DNA of 64,000 nt, from assembly GCA_025558095.1 (NCBI GenBank), contig JAIVFI010000013.1, forward strand, positions 372,001 to 436,000, in the 5' to 3' direction. Under the pieces are notes generated by a model, which had not been told where the DNA came from, ran no database searches, and saw only the letters and a list, made by a program, of their open reading frames with translations. A program made the translations under genes and the position numbers. This document shows, in pieces, positions 1 to 11,561 of this stretch. Every line of letters starts with the position of its first letter. Positions within the stretch are counted from its first letter, which is position 1. This DNA comes from Hyaloraphidium curvatum SAG 235-1. Lineage: Eukaryota > Fungi > Monoblepharomycota.

Positions 1-1115
1 GCGGAGGCTTGGGCAGCACCGGCACGGGCACCCTCGGGTCCGGCTGCAACGGCGGCGGCTGCAAGGGCGGCGGCTGCATGAGCGGCGGGAGCGCAGGCGG
101 CGGGGCATCGGTGCCGTAGTACGCGTGCTGCCTCGGCTCTCGCGGGTAGGGCGGGTACATGCTCTGGCCCATGTAAGGATCGTACGGGATCCCCATGCCG
201 TCGTAGGGCCCCGGCGGCATGGGGGAGGGCCCCGGCGGCGGCGGCATGCGCGGGTAGTAGGCCGCGGGGGGCGGGTACACGGGTGGCGCGGGATGCATCC
301 ACGCGGGGTCCGGGTACCCCGGGGGCTGCGCGTACAGCGGGCCGAGGGCAGGCGGGTAGCCCGAATACGGCGGCATCATCGGCGCGACGGGCGGGGCAAG
401 GTAGGGCAAGGGGAGCGGGCTTCGTGTGGTCGGTGGGTTGTTGCGCAGGGGGGGCTCTGCGGGGGGCGTCGGGGTCGAGTGGTTGGACGGGGTGGGGCGG
501 CGATCTGCCAACGACGGCGGGTCAGGACACCAAAGGCTGGGCGGTAACCCGGGCCCTACCAGCTGGAGCAGTGCTGGTGTGCGAGCCGTGGCCGGACGGC
601 GTGGCCCCGTCGGGCACGAACTCGGGGTACATCTCGTTCGGGATGGCGATGTCGGCAAACAGGGGCAGCGCCGACGGCGCCTTCAGCAACGCCGGCTCGG
701 TGGTGTCCTCCTTGGTGTAGTACGACACGAGGTGCTGGCGCCGGTTGTCCGCGGTGCAGATGGAGAGCGCCTTCTTGACCAGGCCATTCTCCTTGAGCAC
801 AAAGTCCTGCTGCGCCTGGTCGGCGCCCGCCTTGGCCGGCTTGGGCGCGCCCCTGCGCTTGGGCTCGATCTCCTTGTACAGCAGGAAGGAGCCGTGGATG
901 CGCGACGGCGACCAGCTCTTGCCGTCGGTCCAGCGCTTGATGCCCGACTCGTCCTCGTCCCACACGAAAACCGCGCCCGAGCGCACGGCCTCGCTGCGCT
1001 CCGACTCGGACAGCCGCCGCGGGATGCGCCGCAGCTTGCCGAGCCGGCACGCCTCGAAGAGCAGCAGCGCGTCGTTTGTCGACTCGATGCGGCCGAACCA
1101 CGTCTCGGTGACCAT
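1..1115 (-). CDS. Gti1/Pac2 (WOPR) family transcription factor; 3' end runs off the window
   Basis: MVTETWFGRIESTNDALLLFEACRLG...VRSGAVFVWDEDESGIKRWTDGKSWSPSR is the WOPR box. A GT-AG intron at ~505-558 (CTGAC branch) joins it to a Pro/Tyr-rich C-terminus. Confidence 0.93.
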
Positions 1116-1786
1116 CGCGGCGGCGACGCGGCGCGGACTCGGGGAGGCGGGCCGCGCTCGGTCCGCGTCGGCCGCGGCGCCGGCGTCCGCCGGTCGGGGG
1201 GCTCAGCGATGAATCAGCCGCGAGGATGTGGGGGTGCCCCGCCGCGCTGCTGCCACCGCCGTCCGCTCGCCCGGCCCGGCCCGCGGCAGAAGGCTTCCGG
1301 CGCAACGAACGCCGGGCACGAAGCGGCGCCGCCCGCCGCGGGAGGGAGTGGCCGGGTGACTGGGTAGGGCCGGCAGAACCTTCGCGACTAAAACTCAATT
1401 TTGAACAAGGCTCCGCACTTTCTTGTTCCTTGGCTTCCTTTTCCGACCCCAATGGCCGATCACGATCGCGGCAAGGGGACCGGTCACACAAGCGGACAGC
1501 TCTACTGAACGTCGTTACGGAACGATACCCTGAAAAGCTGGACGGTTGTTCTGTGCTTTCGTTGCACGAGCACCATGACGGGTTGCCCCTTTGGCTGAAG
1601 GGACCCTTTCTGAGGCATCCGAGCTCGCCACGATGCCATACCATCCACGACACCGCGGTGAAAGAGATCGCGGCGGATAGGCTTGGCGCTCGTGGTTGCG
1701 GCCACCAGTTGCAGTCACATGAATGGGTATCGGGTATTGTCTCATTGCCGACACAGAACCAACAGAAGAAAATCAAGCCCGCGGCA

Positions 1787-2401
1787 TTATCGCTCGGGAT
1801 CCACGTTGAACGACGCGAGATCCAGGTCCGTCCACTGGAGAACGGGTTCGGCTCAGCATGGCCACCGATCGGCTGCGACACTGAGGACGCACCTTCTTCT
1901 CGCTCTCGGGGTCGATGTCTGGCCGAAAGAAACGGGAAGAGGCGTTGCGAATCGCAGAAGGGGAGGTTGGAATGAAGCTGGCGCCGAGGCGTGCGGCAAT
2001 GCCCACCGTCCTCCCTCTCCTCCGCGGTCAGGGGCTGGTGTTCCCGCGGCACGTCGACGTCTGGCCGCGGCCAATGCCAAAAGTAGGTAGAAGTCGGAAG
2101 AACATAACAGTTTGGGTTTCCGTGGTCCGACCGGGCAAAGAAACGCGTCGCCGTCAGTCGGGCCCCGAACCCCGCGTCCCTCGCGCTCCGGCCCACCGTC
2201 GTCGGGCAGCTTCTCGAACGGCTCCTCCAGCATGTCGAAGTTGATGTTTTGGTGCAGGAACGAGGTGAATTGGGAGTCCTGGGAGCGCCAGCCGGGAAGA
2301 GGGAGCGAGCGGAAGGTGGGGCCGGAGGACGCGTCCGACGCGAGAGAGGCGGCGGCCGTGAGTGCTCTCCTCGCCAAGCATGCATGGGGGACTGGCACCA
2401 T
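1787..2401 (-). CDS. APC13: Anaphase-promoting complex subunit 13
   Basis: Manual splicing of 5 exons gives M|DSQFTSFLHQNINFDMLEEPFEKLPDD|DVDVPREHQPLTAEERED|DIDPESEKK|WTDLDLASFNVDPER*. The KLPxDDV and KWTDL motifs are typical of Apc13. The first coding exon is only ATG. Confidence 0.8.
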
Positions 2402-2639
2402 TGTATCGCCTGGCCCGCCGGCAGCTGCGGCCTCGGGACTGAGCACGGGAGGAAGTGGTTCTGGAGTCAACATTCACAACGATCATTGGCCGAACGACGC
2501 GTGTTGCCCGCCGCCGATTACACTAGATATCATGGTTGGAGCGCGGATTACGCCTTCATATCGCGCGCCGTCGTTGAGGAAGAGTCATTTGATGCTCCGG
2601 CAATCGAACGCCCGCCCAGGAGTGTGCTCCGTGCCGGAA

Positions 2640-3396
2640 TCACTCTCCACGCTCCACGGCGGCCATATAATCGTCCAATTCGGCGTCCAGTCGCGAGGCG
2701 GCGACGCTGGCGTCCTTGAGCATGTAAGAATCAAGATCCTTATCGAGATCTTCCTTGCTCAGCGGTCCGCCGCCGCGGCCCCTGCCTCCGCGGCCGCCTC
2801 TCCGGGCCCCGCGGCCTCTCCCGCGTACGGGATCCGCGGCGGCGCCCCTCTGCGCACCGCGGGCGCCCCCCCTGGCGGCGGCGCCGGCGGTCGTGCCCCC
2901 GCGGGCCCCGCGTGTGCCGCGCTGCGGGAACACCACGCCGCGAGCCGCCGAGCCGCGCTTTGCGACGAAGCCGCGCTGGATCTGCGCGCCGCGGGCGGGC
3001 GGCGTGCCGCGGGCGGGGGCGCCCCTGCCGCGCGCCCGCTGCGCCAACGCGCCGCGCACGATCTCCTGCCGCTGCTGCGGCGTGACGGGGGCCGCGCCCT
3101 GCCTGCGCGCCATCACCGCCGCGTGGCGGTCGGCCTGCTGCCGCGCCGCCGCGCCGTCCTGCCGCAGCTGCGCGAACCTGCGATCGCCACACAGCGGAGA
3201 CCACGGCAACAGCGAACAGGGAAGGAGGAACAACCACGTCAGTGTCTGCGTGCGCGCCGCCCTCGTCCGCCCACCTCGCGGACAGCGTCGTCGGCTGCGC
3301 GGACCCCGCAGGCGGCGCCGCCGGCGCCGGCGTGACCGTGCGCGCCGCCCCGTTGGGCGCGCCGCGCGCAGACCCGCGCGTGTTGCCGCGCACCAT
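2640..3396 (-). CDS. Chromatin target of PRMT1 (CHTOP/FoP)-like RGG protein
   Basis: RGG-rich body and C-terminal FoP duplication (SKEDLDKDLDSYM...RLDAELDDYM). Intron 3178-3274 gives TTLSAR|FAQL. Confidence 0.85.
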
Positions 3397-3535
3397 GGCG
3401 GATGCTGCGGGCGCGCGGTGACGACGGGGGTTGGGGGGAGGGGGATGATCGTTCGCGGGCCGCGCGCGCGGCGCGCGGTTCCTCCATACCCACACGGGTC
3501 CGCTGCAATTCTCACGGTCTCGGCGGCCGAGGCAG

Positions 3536-4859
3536 ATGGCAGATCCCGGCACGTCATCCAATGCAGGCCCATCTGCACCGTCCGCCGGGGCGGAGCCGCC
3601 GCAGGTCCCCGTGGCCCCGGTGCAGGACGCAGACAACCCTCCCCCAGGCCTGGCGCCGAATGACCCCGCTGGCCCGGCTTCCGACCCACGTCCACCCCCG
3701 GAGACCGCAAAAGAGCCCGCAAGTCCCGTGCAGGCCAAGCCGGCCGCGGGATCCCGGGCCCCAAAGGGCAAGCAGCCCCCGGGCAAGGGAAAGGATCCCA
3801 AAGGCAAGGCCGGGGAGCAGAGCAAGCAGGATGCAGCCCTGCAGCAGCAGGCCGCCGAGATCGAGGCATTGAAGGCATCCTGCTCGGCCAAGGACGAGGA
3901 GACAAAGGGGCTGAACGCGCGGCTGGAGGAGGAGAAGCTGGCGCGGAACCGGGCGGACCTGGAGCGGGTGGGCGACCTTTTCTGACGCCCGCCTCTCGGA
4001 GAGCCGACGTACGTTCATCCAGGGCAAGGCGATGGAGCAGATCGCGGACCTGCAGGCCATGCTGGACGGCCAGCGGGCTGCTCTGGCGGGCAAGGAAGCC
4101 GAGCTCCTCGCCCTCGTCGAGGCGCACGCCTCCGAGATCCAGGTTCGCACCCCCACGCGACCCCGGCACCAATCGAGCTCATCCTCGCCCCCGTACGTCA
4201 CAGCACCTCAAGGGCCAGAACAAGGCCGCCCTCCACACGCACGAGCGCCGTACCACCGACCTCGCCTCGCGATTCGGCGCCGTCGCCGACGCCGAGCGCA
4301 CAGAGCACCACGCCGAGCGCGCGGCGCTGCTGGCGGGCCAGTTCCGCCTGCGGGAGCGGATCGGCGAGCGCGAGGCCGAGGCCAGGGAGAGGCTGGCGGT
4401 GGCTTCGGCCGAGGCGGCGGGTTTGGTCGCGGAGGCCAGGGCGAGGCTCGAGGCGCAGGCCGTGGCGATGTCGGCGGCGATGGATGCGAGGTTACACGCT
4501 GCAAGGGAGGAGGCGGAGCGGGCCCGGGCGGCCGAGGCGGCGAGGGCCGAGGAGCTGAGGGCGGGCCAGCTGGCCGAGGCGAGGAAGCTGCACGAAAAGC
4601 AGGTCGCGGTGCTCAAGCAGTGGTTCAAGGACGTCACGACCTCGAACTCGTCGATGATCGCCACCCTCAAAGTGGGTAGCGCGATCATCCGCGCACGCTT
4701 CGCTGACCGCTGTAATTCAAGGACGAGACGGAGAGGCTGCGCGCGGCGATCGACGCGACGGCGGCCAAGTACGAGCGCAAGCTAGAGGCCCTCAGGAAGG
4801 AGCTGGATGAGGCGAGGAGGGAGCTGGATGCGGCAAAGTCGTCCGCGAGGAATCGATGA
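3536..4859 (+). CDS. Divergent, C-terminally shortened dynein regulatory complex subunit 4 (DRC4/GAS8)-like coiled-coil protein
   Basis: 4 exons (3536-3967, 4023-4142, 4204-4671, 4722-4859). LEEEKLARNRADLER|GKA, KEAELLALVEAHASEIQ and HEKQVAVLKQWFKDVTTSNSSMIATLK|D align in order with recalled GAS8 motifs. Confidence 0.7.
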
Positions 4860-4957
4860 GGTGGCGGTTGCAAAGCTGCGCCCGTTCCGGGCTCGACGAC
4901 CATTCGACGGTGTCCGTTCCGCGTCAAAGACGGTCCTCTGCACTCCACCGGGCAGCG

Positions 4958-6435
<1,478 letters not shown>

Positions 6436-6441
6436 AGCCCA

Positions 6442-7970
6442 CTACGGCTGTGGCGGCAGCCAAAACGCCCCCCTGGGACGGTCGACCTGTCGACGTGCGA
6501 AGGATTGCGCCGATCCCTGCTCTCCTTGCTGGACTTCCGCGACTGTCCGGTAACCCATGGCCCGCAGGATGTTGACGGTGACGTCCCCGATCGTGCCCGA
6601 CCCCTGGGCACTGCGCGGCCGAATGTCGTCCAGGGAGGCTCCGCTGATTGCGTACGGCCGCATGAGCCAGTCTCCGGCTGCTTCGTAGTACTGCATGTCT
6701 AGGTGGGAAACCGAAGAACCCGGGGAGTAAGTGGCTGGGGTGTAAAGCACCGCGGACCGCGCGGTGTTGGTTTCGCCGTCCGTGTACCACAGCAAGAGGC
6801 CGCGGTCCGACTGCGAGACCTGGAACAAATGCCGCGTCACGTTGTACGCCGGCGACGCCTTAAGGTCCCGGATCCACGAGGACCACTCGGTGGTTGGAGG
6901 CACTGACGCCGCGACCACCAGCCGGATCGTCCTTGCCCACGACGACATCCAGACGCCGTTGACATTGTCGGCGACCCACTTGTTGTAGAGATCTGCAACG
7001 GGGTGGAGCATTAGTCTTCGGCATGCCTGGCGCACACCGGAACGCGTCGTGCTCACATTCCTTGGCGAACCCTGTGTAGTGCCCCGTCGAGTTGCGGACG
7101 ACGTAACTCGGGGTCAGCATCGCTTCCGCAGCTCCGAGCCAGGCGAACCAGCTGGATATGAAACCCATGCCGTGGAGAAGTTCGTGTGTGATGGCTTCCT
7201 CGAGGTCTGGTCGAACCGATGTTGGCCGAGTGTCGTTGTGTCTTGGCGCGCAACCCACCGTACTCCGCGTCAGCCAAATCGCCGTCCGTCTCTCCGTCGA
7301 TCCACCAGCCAAAATCGCCGTTGAACCTGGCCATGATGTCCACCCCCTCCGGCGAGAGGCGGTCGGTGCCCAGAAACTGCTTTGCCAGGCTGGACGGGTA
7401 AAGGTACCCTGTGTCCGTTCCGAACTCATCAGCCTCGTCGGCCGCGAACTCGTAGAATGCGGTCGGAGACGCCGAACCCAGCACGCTGTTTGTTGCCGAG
7501 CAGCGCGCATCCGCTTTGGCGTTTGGCCTGCCGCAGAAGCTCTCGAAGGAGGCCGAGACGTCAACGGGCACGGCAAGGGCGAGGACCGACGAGATGCGAT
7601 CCGCGGCCCGCACAAAAGCGGCCTCGGCACGCGTGCACCGCTCCTCCGAAATCGAGTTGTCGCAGCGGAACGATATCCTGAAGTGGGGGTTGTCCGTGTT
7701 GGGAGGCTTCGCCGAAGAGAGCGGAGACTGCAGGCTAGCCATCTCCTCGGCCTGCAGGGGCAGAAGGACGGGTACGATGCCTGTCCCGCCGATTCCATGC
7801 GCTCCACGCGTCGCCAAGGGACCGTCTGGGCCTCCCGGCAAGGGTGTTGGCCCGCCGAAACGAGCCGGGCTCTTGCGCAGCGCATTCGCAGGCAGGGCGG
7901 CGGCTGCACAAATGCCGAGCACCGCAGTGCATGCCGCCCGTCGGAAGCGGAAGGCTCGGCGTCGTGCCAT
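6442..7970 (-). CDS. Secreted zincin-like metalloprotease (HExxH), uncharacterised family
   Basis: Hydrophobic N-terminal segment ([15 protein letters not shown]), [21 protein letters not shown] and WLMRP Met-turn-like motif; 2 introns. Start codon uncertain (7970 or 8039). Confidence 0.7.
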
Positions 7971-8119
7971 CGTGCGAGATTCGGGGGTTGTTTGGCCGCG
8001 GCGGCGTGGTACATATGAGTCGCTGAGTGATCGAAACATGGACTACCGATCAGGGCCTGGGGCGCCGCAGCATCAATCCCCCTCTCCACCTCGCACGCAA
8101 ATCCGCGAGTCCGGCCACG

Positions 8120-9764
8120 ATGAACGTGTTCCGCGCCGTCCAGTCGGCCGTCGCCCATGATTCGCTGATGAAGAATGTGCGCGCGACGTCGGGGCCCCGC
8201 CGTGCAACTTGCTGATGGCGCCTGTCCCCCGACTCCTCGACACGCCTGTGCTACCCCATCCCGCGATGTCGCCGTGCCTTCGACGGCGTCCCCAACTCGA
8301 CGGCTGTCTGCCGGCGCCACCCGAACCCGCGATGTCGCCCTGCCGTCGACGGCGTACTCTACCGCGATGTCGCCCTGCCGTCGACGGCGTACTCTACCGC
8401 GATGTCCGGCCCTACCTTCCGGCCCTATCTTACGGCCCTACCTCCCGACGAATTCCCGAACCCGCGGTGTCGCTGCGACTCCCGCCGGTGTGCGCATCTC
8501 GCAGGTCCTCACCGAGGAGAAGGACGTGGTCGATGCGCTTCACAACCTCGCGAAACAGCGCATCGGCGCCTCGAAGGTGCTCGCCGACTGGGGCGTGCGC
8601 GACGGAGACGACCTCGGAGTCATCCTCACGCACACTCAAACGCTCAATGATAAGGTTGGGCCTACTGCTGCTGTCGCTGTCCGTAGACTGATGCAGCTTT
8701 CTCTTTCCCCACCTGCCGCCCCTGCCTCCGCGCTCTCTCTAGTTGTCTTCGTACATTGATACATACGCAGACAAAGTTGGGCGAGCTGGGGTGCCGCTGT
8801 ATCCGTTGGCTGATGCGGGATCGCTTCACAGTACCAGGAGTACCGGGCGCACCTCAAGACCATCTACGCCCGCGAGGAGTCGATGGACAGCAACCGCCAG
8901 AAGCGCAGCGCCCTGGAGAAGAAGGTATTTAGTCGCCCTACTTATGGCTTACACTTGAGATTGATCGCGTGCCTTGGTGGCGTCCGTGGGATGGTATAGC
9001 TCCAGCAGCACGTCAAGGCCCAGAAGGCCGACGTGGCCGCCATCCAGCGCGAGATCCAGATGTTCGACCGCGACCTCGCTCAGCTCGAGGCCGACCACAT
9101 GACGTACAAGCGCAACTCGGTCGCCATGGCCAGCACCGTCCAGTGGGATTCGCTGCTTGAGCTGGCCGCAAAGATGCAGATCATCGCCACCTTCGGCAAG
9201 TACCTCACGGTGGGTTTGCAGCGCGACATTCACCAGCATACGGTTCTTGACGGTTGCTACTGTGGTTCTGCAGGAGCAAATCCCGCTCGACCGCATCCCG
9301 CCCGGGATCCAGCGCCCTCCCTTCGCCGGGGGCGCCGTCACGCAGCAGATCGTGCAAGACTGCCACGAGGCGCTCATGGCCTGGAGGCCGCCCACCTTTG
9401 GTGGCGAGACTCAGCCTGCCGAGTCCATCCCGTCGCCCACGGAGCCCGAGGCCGCGACTCCGGTGTCTCCCATTCCGGCGGAGGGCGCTGTGTCGTCCGA
9501 CACGCTCGCCCAGGTGGAGGGCGTCGTTGCCAATGCCGAAGCTACTGCCGAAGCTGGTGGGCCCGCAACGTTCCTTTGACATGCACGTTGGCTCAAGCGC
9601 CGTGTCGTTTCGCAGCTCTGGAGACCTCGAAGAGCAACGCCACTCTGGCGGTGGAGGCGATCGACAACGCGGAGACGGAGGTGAAGGAGCTCATGGACGC
9701 CGCGAACAAGAAGATCGAGGAGGCCGCCCCGACGGTGGCCGCCGACACCGTTTCGGCCGCTTAG
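8120..9764 (+). CDS. Eisosome BAR-domain protein, Pil1/Lsp1 family
   Basis: MKN|VLTEEKDVV...LADWGVRDGDDLG...YQEYRAHLKTIYAREE...LELAAKMQIIATFGKYL...PPGIQRPPF; 5 introns. Confidence 0.88.
8262..8447 (+). repeat. Intronic minisatellite: 35-bp unit CGCGATGTCGCCCTGCCGTCGACGGCGTACTCTAC (2 exact, 1 diverged, 1 partial) followed by three 13-bp GGCCCTAYCTYMC units
   Basis: Directly visible in Pil1 intron 1. The unit contains the palindrome GCCGTCGACGGC. Confidence 0.85.
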
Positions 9765-9812
9765 AGGTGCTTATGGGTCCGCAGTTGTTGTCAAGTCTAT
9801 TACAGTATACAC

Positions 9813-11469
9813 TTATTTATCGGTGTTGCTTGGAATCATCCAGTTTTTCACTTCGTCGTCCCGATTAGTGACTGATCGAGCAGGTGAGTGAAGTGGGACT
9901 CACCTCTCTCGTAAACCATGAAGGTGACTGCTTGGCCCGGGGCCACACGCTGGAGACAACGCGGGTCAAACGCAGTTCTGTGCGTGTCGAACTCTGTGCT
10001 CACCATCACACGGGGAAGCAGCCCCTTATAGAAGGCACGCCAGCCCTCGTTCTTCAGCACGTCGTTGAAGAGCCTCCAACCCCTCTGGAAGCCGTTCATC
10101 TTCTCCAGCTCCGACCCGGGCACGATTCTCGTCCTCTGAATCCGGGTTTTCAGGGTGTCGATCGGGTTGTTAGCGATGGGCCCCATTGCGCCAGAGACAC
10201 CGCCGGCGATCAGGTGCTGGTAGCTGGGCAGGGTGTCGAGGTCGGGCTGGAGCTTGAGGAGGACATCCTTAAAGTACTGGTAAACAGTGAAGTTGACGGC
10301 TTGGTTCGTGGCTGAGCAGGGTACGGGTCAACGTTGGGCTCAACAGAGACAACAGCAGACCGACCTTGCCGTGCGACGGTGAACAAGACGCCCTTGTAAA
10401 GAGCGCTGATGCCCTCCTCCTTTACAATGGTCGTCGCAGCGGTGAAGACGTTCTTGTACTTTGCCGCTTCCGTGGGATCAGTCATGGAAGCACGAGCGGC
10501 CTGCACCCGGATCTAACAACAGGATCAATGAGCCAGTGTGCAAACATGGTCCACAAGCGAAGAGACCTTCAGCACGTCCTGAAATGGGATTGGCCGTCAG
10601 CGTGGCTCCGGCACCAAAGAGGCAAGGGCTCACCATGGGAGTCACCACCAGCACACTCTCGGTCGTGCCCGCTCCCAACCCCGCCAAGAACGTGGCCCAA
10701 AAGCTGGTCTTTCCCGTAACGGGGTCCCTTCCAAGCATGTCCTTGTACAGTTCGAACGAAAAGAAGCGGATGGCCATCTTCGGCACTGTCAAGTGGCGGT
10801 TCGGCGCCTCGTTGGTGATCCCCATGTTTCCTCGAGCTCTGAGCAAATGAAAACCAACCGATGCCAGAAACAACGGCCCCAAGACCGCGGTAGAGCCCGA
10901 GGAAACCATCCTTCCTGACGATGCCCGTGGCGGTGGCAATCATTCCCGGCGGCTTCACCACTGCAGCCGGTGCGCCACCCTGCTCAAAGGCGGGAACATG
11001 GAGCACATGAGAGGTCGCGTCCAGGAAGGGCACAACCGAAATGCCGGTCCCGCACCTTGGCCGCGGTAGGCTGGACGTTGCGGCGGAGCTGCATTCGCAC
11101 TGTGGCCCAGTCAGGGAAGCCGTCAGTATCCAGGTAGTGGCCCGAAGCAGGACGAGTGCTTCACGAACGAACCTCTTTGGAGGTCATGGCAACAGCATAG
11201 AGGCGGAATGGGCGTGAGGCGTCAGAACCGGAGACAGCGGGAACTTCGCCCGCCGCGGGTCCACCCACTTGATGGTATCCAAAGGGTGCATGGCCAGCGC
11301 CTCGCAGAAGCCTGCCGCGCCGCCTGCCACGAAATGGACAGACAGCGGCGTCTGCGGAGCGAGCGGCGTCGCGGGAACAAAGTTGCGGGGAGGCTCCGTT
11401 GGCACGCGTCCCGGGCTCTGCGCTCCAGCGCCGAGGTGTCACCTTGCCGGGACCTCCCTGCTTCGACAT
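9813..11469 (-). CDS. SFC1: Mitochondrial succinate/fumarate carrier
   Basis: MSKQGGPGK|TPLSVHFVAGG..HPLDTIK..RMQL, LYRGLGAVVSGI|VPKMAIRF, NPIDTLKTRIQ, FYKGLLPRVM|RVAPGQAVTF. The frame requires a 2-nt micro-exon at 11173-11174. Confidence 0.88.
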
Positions 11470-11561
11470 CCCGTCCGCCGGCACCAAGGGTCACAGAGGG
11501 GAGAGGAGGGGGCGGACAGTGACTCCGGGCTCCGGCCTTTTCACACTTGCACGTGATCGCA

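Noticed and set aside
1396-1430. Sm-like site AATTTTG followed by a 7-bp hairpin (GAACAAG/CTTGTTC) as an snRNA 3' end
   Set aside because: No U1/U2/U4/U5 hallmark upstream (e.g. no U5 loop GCCUUUUAC); may be chance.
8262-8406. 35-bp palindromic repeats as a CRISPR array
   Set aside because: Mostly head-to-tail with no unique spacers, inside a eukaryotic intron, and no cas genes.
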